Both the position numbers and the translations under genes were made by a program. A DNA stretch of 64,000 bases from Eledone cirrhosa. Its lineage: Eukaryota. Position 1 is the stretch's first letter; each line of letters starts with the position of its first letter. The notes under the pieces were generated by a model. The model had not been told where the DNA came from, searched no databases, and saw only the letters and a list, made by a program, of their open reading frames with translations. Location: contig OZ024745.1 in assembly GCA_964016885.1 (NCBI GenBank), positions 71,362,001 through 71,426,000 on the forward strand, given 5' to 3'. Positions 56,746 to 64,000 of the stretch are shown one piece after another.

Positions 56746-56787
56746 TCACTGAGGATGTCATAGATATGTGTGACGAAAGCACTTTGA
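56746..56787 (+). ncRNA. Type I HHR in pLTR fragment (56700-56967)
   Basis: TCA-CTGAGGA-tGTCATA gatatg TGTGAC-GAAA-GCAC-TT|TGA. Downstream sequence matches the 27545-27734 family. Confidence 0.7.
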
Positions 56788-58106
56788 GAAATTATGTTTA
56801 TATTTATATTTTTAACTGTTGGTCAATCAATGATAAACATTGATTGCCAGCTAAATTATTTATAGAAAAATTAAAATATACTGAAGCGAAAACCAAACCA
56901 AACAGTGAGTGTGTTTTACTATATTTTTCTGGCAATATTAGGACAACATGACACTCCCCAAATATATAAATAAAAAAATAAAAGAGCGGGAGAAATGGAA
57001 ACGGGGCAAATTCTACCCCCTCTGGTGCGCACTGCGAACAAGATGGGTAGAGCATTGCCTCGGGGAACAACCAGCGATACCAGCATCAGCCATTCCACAT
57101 CACAGTATTACTTCCTCAAGCGACATAATCTCTTCTCCATTTTGAGAAGGGAAACAAAGGACACCAAAGGTCTCGATGACATTAATCAGGAATTTGGTTA
57201 AATATTCAGAAGTATAAATATGTATATGAAGCCATAACCAATATGGTTACGTATAATTTAGTCTCGCTATAAATATTTTAAGCTGAGATCAATCGCAGCT
57301 ATTTCAGCATCGTATGAAGCGGCAAAAAAATACCAGTGACTCGAGGACCAGATGTTTTATGGCTAAACAGTATATGAAGCACGAAACTCCTGGCCTTTAC
57401 GGCTATAATTATATATATATATATATATAGTGACGAAACATAAGTCAATTGCATGAACTCGTAATCCTTTATTTACTGCTATATATATTTCGATGATAGC
57501 CATTCGTTTTACATGCTAAAGTCATCAGTATACTCTATTTCTTACTTAGATTGATGTTGTGATTATTTTAACTATTTACTATCTAACTAATTTATTTGAG
57601 TATTGTTATTATTGTTCTGATTTAATGCCACTACTATATATAGAAGCCATACCTGTGTATATCCTTCATTCTCACATGCTCTGATGAATAGACTGGTTAT
57701 AACAAAGTATTGGTGATCGATTGACGCAAAAACAGACGGGTAGCGATCTCTAGACCTACCAGTTCAGAGAAACAATTGTCAGCAATGTGAATAAAGCCCT
57801 TATTGTATAGCAAACCATGTCACTCTTCTTTCTTGATTTATTATTACTCCAAGTGTAAACTACATAGAAATCACCGCGTACTCGCAGCATCACTATGGAA
57901 ATGTCTCGTTGAGTCAAACTTAGCCAAGCGTTAGTACTATCCACTAGTCGGAGTACCCTAACTGGACTACATCTAAGTGGACTACCTATAACAATAATTT
58001 GTTATCCCGTATATATATATACATATACATACATATATATATATACATATATATATATACATATATATACATATATATATACATATATATATACATATAT
58101 ACTTTG

Positions 58107-58196
<90 letters not shown>

Positions 58197-59189
58197 GTCT
58201 GGAGAAAGAGAGAGAGAGGGCGAAATACATGAGGTTTATCTGATATCTAATTTTTCTCATCCCTATTAGTCTATACTGTTTTCCGTAGCTACACTACATC
58301 TCCAACTAACAAACTCCCTATATACTGCGCTCAAGGTAAGTTACAAAAGCCTTACGACCACCCAACACATATGATTCTTGAAGACTTAATGAAATTATGA
58401 ATTAATCAACCCTAAATACTCATAAATTCACCAAATGAACACTATTAACAATATTCATCGGATAAAATTAGCAAAAATAGTTGAATTTCCTCACGTGTAC
58501 CACTATTAATTCTAGCTCAGGCCCTCCACGTATAAAACAATTATAACAAGTACATATAATTTGACACCCCATCTGTCTGTACGTATCACGTCTACAAGAT
58601 TTCTATCATATTTCACCATTTCTCTATAAAATTATTTAATGCCATTGATCAAAACGCTATACAAACATCATTAGACGCATAAAACCTGGTAATACACTGA
58701 GAGTCCTGGTAATACACTGTAAGTCACTGTATGTCCTGGTAATACACTGAGAGAGACATCACTTTGACTACAAATGGCTTTGATAAAGATCAAAGGACCA
58801 TAATATACTAACCAAAATTAGACCCTCCATTCTTCCTTTCGTCTCATTTGTTTCATCTTCCCATCCTTTTCCGTGACCTAGAAAAATATTAACTGTGTCA
58901 CCCCCAAATCAATCAAACGCCGTCAACTGATATCATAAATGAATTTATATGGCCACTCCCTACAAATGAAATATAAAGGTGCAGCAATGTTTGGCTGATT
59001 GTGTGCACCCAAACCAACACATACATTTAAAGACTGGTTGCTCAGTTTTCTATGGATGCCCATAAGTAATAATGCACATATTACGCGTATATTCATTATT
59101 CCCATATATACAAACTAAAATATATTTACACCTTCTTAGAAGACTTGTATGATATTCACTAGCAGTATGAAGTAATTGTTTGTGTAATA

Positions 59190-59803
59190 ATCCAGATTTC
59201 ATAGGCCCATGAACAGGTATTATATTATGTAATGTATCGAATCATGTGTCACTACGAAGTTTGGTTGAATGATCCATAGAGTGACCACGATTTCATCAAG
59301 GAATTTGACCAAAAAAGGTTTATTTTTCAGCATAGCTCCCAGTGCGGTGTAAAAAAAAAGTCCTTCACAGCAGGCATGCTATCATCAACACTACGATATT
59401 GATTCCCAGCTAATTATTTTTCATGTGGGAGAACTGTTGATAGTCGATGGGCCTAATCAGGAAAACAGGCAGTGGGTGATTAAACTGCCCAACGACACAG
59501 TTATACACAGCAGACAGGACGTGTGTTCTTGAGTATTGTTCTGAGGAAACGGCAAATTTACGTCAGATTTAATGGGCGTTTGGTCGTGATAGGCTTTCGT
59601 AACTACCTCAGCACATTGGCATAGGACTCTTCCATGTGTGGCCTTTTTTGACGATACAAACAATATCTTTTGCATCACAAAAAGCTGATGCCATCACCTT
59701 CCCTGGAGATGAAACGATATTGGACTTCTTTAAAGCAAGTGAGGGATGGTGTATCCACAGCATGGATTATCTCTTGGTCTCTGATCCAAAGTGATGAACC
59801 CCA
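59190..59803 (-). pseudogene. Decayed mariner transposase (catalytic domain)
   Basis: Minus-strand remnants VHHFGSETKR*SMLW, SPGKVMASAFCDAK, a degenerate (H)PPYSPDLAPSDY block (TTTCCTGATTAGGCCCATCGACTAT) and terminal GSYAEK*, with many frameshifts. Confidence 0.75.
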
Positions 59804-60181
59804 AACTCAATCTCAGTTTGGATCTGCTTTTAACAACGTCAGATTTTCCTGTATTGTGATCAGTCAAGTGTGCTGTTAATCAGATTTCAGAAGACATAAC
59901 ACTGCCGATAAGAAACATTCGTTATGCCTCCTTTTCTTTCTAAATCTTTATTATTAATATTATTATTGATGATGTAATTTGAATTTGTAATTTTGCCAGT
60001 TACATATATTTTTTTTTAACAGTTTCTGAAGATCTAATAGAGTTAACATCGTATTTAAAATTGAGTGGCAGTGCTTTTAGTGTTCAGCAATTTTTAGACA
60101 ACTCTATCAGTGAAACAATTGTTAGACTGCAAATAAATCCCCTTTTTTGTACTGTTGACCATGTTATTCTTCTACTTTTTC

Positions 60182-60228
<47 letters not shown>

Positions 60229-61149
60229 ATATAGTTATACTTGGGGAGGGTCATATTGTTGTAATATTGCCAGAAATAATAACAGAACACACTCACGGTT
60301 TTGGTTTGGGTTGATTTTCGCTTCTGTATCTCCATAGTTAATTTATTTGGCAATCAATGTTTATATATATATACATAAGGAAAAGAAATCGAAAATGCAA
60401 CTGGAGTCTTTTTAAGATTATTTATTTATTTCGTTTGCCAGTTTCACAGTTCTTATGCTTTTCAAAAGCAAAATTGAGATGGAAGGTTTGTGGTCTTTCA
60501 CTCGTGTAGGACAACTCATTTTTTTCTTTTTCTTTTGTTTTGTTTTTATTAAAAGAACTCATTGTCTTATATATATACACACACACACACTTACATAATA
60601 CACACACACTCCTCGAGTTACGACATACGCGACTTACGACCACTGCAGCAATTAAATTGTACTTATGTTAGAAGTAATTGCACTACTGGTAGAATAAACC
60701 TGAAATCCGTTCATAAGACATTTATTGAAGATCCGCACTGAAATATTTGTAGTGTAAGAGTTAAGGAGATAGATGAATAATAATACAAAAGGAAACCGAA
60801 TAAGTGATACCTCGATGTACTTCGAGTCCGTTTTTCGTCCAAAGATGTTAGACTGGTTTGTTTTGGTTTTACACTAAAGAATAAATATATAGTTTTACAG
60901 TGTATTTAATGGATAAATCAATTAAGTGTAAGGAGGTCATTAAAAGATTACAGAAACTAACTGAATTTATTAAGTGTATTTAATTGGCAATGAAGTCTTA
61001 ATAAACTTCGTAACATAGACAAAAGTTCGTGTGCTCTGTGATGGAGTGAGTTATGAATGTTCAGACAGAGTTTGACTTTGACGAGATCTGAAGTACGAAG
61101 ATATAAAAACATTGAATGCTGTGAATGAGTTTAAAGAAATTAAGAGAAG

Positions 61150-61805
61150 CGTTGTTGTTGTTGTTTATCCCGAAGTTTATTCTGGTTGAGTACACCTAAG
61201 TTTAAAGATATTCAAGCCATGACCAGTTTGTTATTTTTTATCAAGAAAACCTTTAATCAAAAGCTTTCAAGTCATGAGCATCACGTCATTGAAGCATATC
61301 TAGAACTACATTATCTGATGTGTACATTTCAATTTTAAGATGTTAGAGTGGGACTTAACTCTCAAATTTAACTTTCAAATTTAATTCTTATCTATATGTT
61401 GTTTTTCTTGTTAAGCCCCAGATTAGCTCTGATCCAGTAGACCTATTATGAAACCTATCCAAACCGTGGCTATCCCATCTGAGTGAAGTTTATCTGTTAC
61501 CTTTTGCAGATTTAGAAACTTCGTAGCGGCTCCATCGCTGGTTTTCGTAGCAATAGGTTGTCGATGTTGTTGTTTCTGCTGTTATTATTTAGCCCCAGGT
61601 TAGCCTGGTTAAGAATAACTATTATCAAAAGTATTCCTATCTTGACCATCTCGTTTGGCTATATTATCCAACTCGTCTTTTTAGGGGCATGTATAGAAAT
61701 ACATTATCTAATTTTATGTTAAGACTTTAGATAATGATTTAATGATTTTATTGCTATTTCTAGTAGATTGAGTGATCACGTAGAGGCTGCCTTGTTGGCT
61801 CACCA
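61150..61805 (-). repeat. Cluster of an old dispersed repeat with (AAC)n-like tail
   Basis: Three diverged copies of TTGTT..AGCCCCAGGTTAGC..GA..AGACCTAT..TCAAAG..ATTC..GCCATGACCA. Opposite-strand relatives lie at about 45050-45230, 56300-56455 and 63640-63840. Confidence 0.5.
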
Positions 61806-62309
61806 GCTTTGATTTTGATTAGATTTCTTTCTTGATAATCAATCTTTCAGTGAACTCTAAAGAAAATAGCTAACCATGTAAATACATATGTTTTTTGATT
61901 TTTTATCGCTTAGAAACAGATATGTATTGATATATGAATTAATGTGTGTTCAGTCATGAAAATACTAACACAACAGATGAAAAATGATTTCCAAATTTGT
62001 TTTAATTATACAAAAGAAAAACACCACACACATAAACTACAAGTTGCACAAATGTATTGTGAACTAAAATAAAAATACATGACCAAAAGATTCCGGAAGG
62101 AAATAGAAATTGATTGCCAAATGCTAGCGGGGTCTAGAAAGAAGTAATTACACAGAATGAAGCATATATCGTGAAAAGCCAGCCAAGTGTTAAATGTAAT
62201 TAAAGAATCGAGGTTGGCTCAATTTAATATAAACTTGGTAATACTGCAAGTAAGTTGGCTCACTATACCATTGAATTGGCTTGAAAAAAAAGTAATTTCT
62301 TTATATATT

Positions 62310-62900
<591 letters not shown>

Positions 62901-63384
62901 GCACTGTGAAGACCGACAAACATTTAACCTCACGCCTTGGATAGTTTTTGTGGTTACAGAGATTAAAATATACAATTAATATATAATTTGTGAAAAGAAA
63001 TGTATTAATTTCATACAATGGTAGTAAAGGCTTGTGGTTTTATGCTTATGGTGTTAGGTTTATGATCATTTGGTCATTGGTTTGAATCCTGGGCCAGGTG
63101 GTGTGTTGTGTTCTTGAACAAAATAACTTATTTTATGTTGCCCCCTTCTGACATGAGTTACGACCAAGATATAGTATCAGTAATGGAAAAACCAATGTAA
63201 ACATTGTATCTTTATCTGATCTGATGACAGCCTCTTTTCCTTTAGTATAGGAGCTGCAACTTTATATGGTTGGTTAAATCGACAGGTAGACACCAACACG
63301 TGCCTCTCATTTTATTAATTAGATATTATTAACTGATGCTTATTTTATCGATCTCTGTCAAACCGTTAAGTGAGGGGACATAAA

Positions 63385-63456
<72 letters not shown>

Positions 63457-64000
63457 TATTCATACATCAGGTTTCTGCACAGAGTCCGTCTACCAAATTC
63501 CACTCACAATCCGGGGTTTTTATAGAAAACACCTACCGAGAGTGCTACGCAACAGGGCTGAATCTGAAACCCTGTGATGGCAAAGTGAACTCCTTAACCA
63601 TACAATTATACCTGTGCCAATACTATTGGCTTTTTTAGCTTTTAGGGAGCTTCCAAGTGGTTATTCAATAAGCTAGAAATAGCAGATAAATATTCTTGAA
63701 ATTATTTCCTACCGTCTCTTAAAATAAAAGGTAGATACATTAGAGGATATGTGTCTCTATATAACGAGGTAGTCACGGCTGGAATGCCTTTTATTTTAGC
63801 GCTCCTGGGTCAAAACTCACATAGGATTACTGAGCAGCAAGTCAGTTTATTGACCACGAAGAAATGAATGCCATAATATGAACATTGGAGAAAGAAACTA
63901 AAAATACTGCTAGTCTTTTTAGTATCAACTAATAAGGTTGTCTACCCCTGTCTTCTTTGAGCGGAATTCCATCCATCTATGTGCAGGTAACTCGGGCGTG

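Noticed and set aside
57678-57745. CTGATGA in a pLTR-like island (also 24860 and 63221)
   Set aside because: No stem II with GAAA could be folded.

Overview
AT-rich, microsatellite-saturated metazoan non-coding DNA. The repeat content suggests an octopus or other coleoid cephalopod (inference). No host protein-coding gene is supportable, and nearly all listed ORFs are translations of (TA)n, (CA)n, (GAA)n or (CATA)n tracts. The real content is retroelements: three Penelope-like elements (PLEs; RT plus C-terminal GIY-YIG; two Hydra-like with inverted pseudo-LTRs, one Neptune-like), R4/Dong-type and RTE LINE fragments, many tRNA-derived SINEs and a decayed mariner. The main hidden signal is RNA structure. 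More than 20 type I hammerhead ribozyme (HHR) motifs from roughly ten different sequence contexts could be folded by eye, nearly all in short islands inside (TA)n. Many have palindromic stem III, some have variant cores (U3-A8, U4A, A13C), and several sit in fold-back palindromes. The highlight is a near-perfect 7.3 x 558-bp tandem array (38569-42656) with one intact HHR per unit and promoter-like motifs. It looks like a retrozyme-like or pLTR-derived, self-cleaving and possibly circRNA-forming non-autonomous element that PLE enzymes could mobilise. All folds were done by hand and none is experimentally tested.
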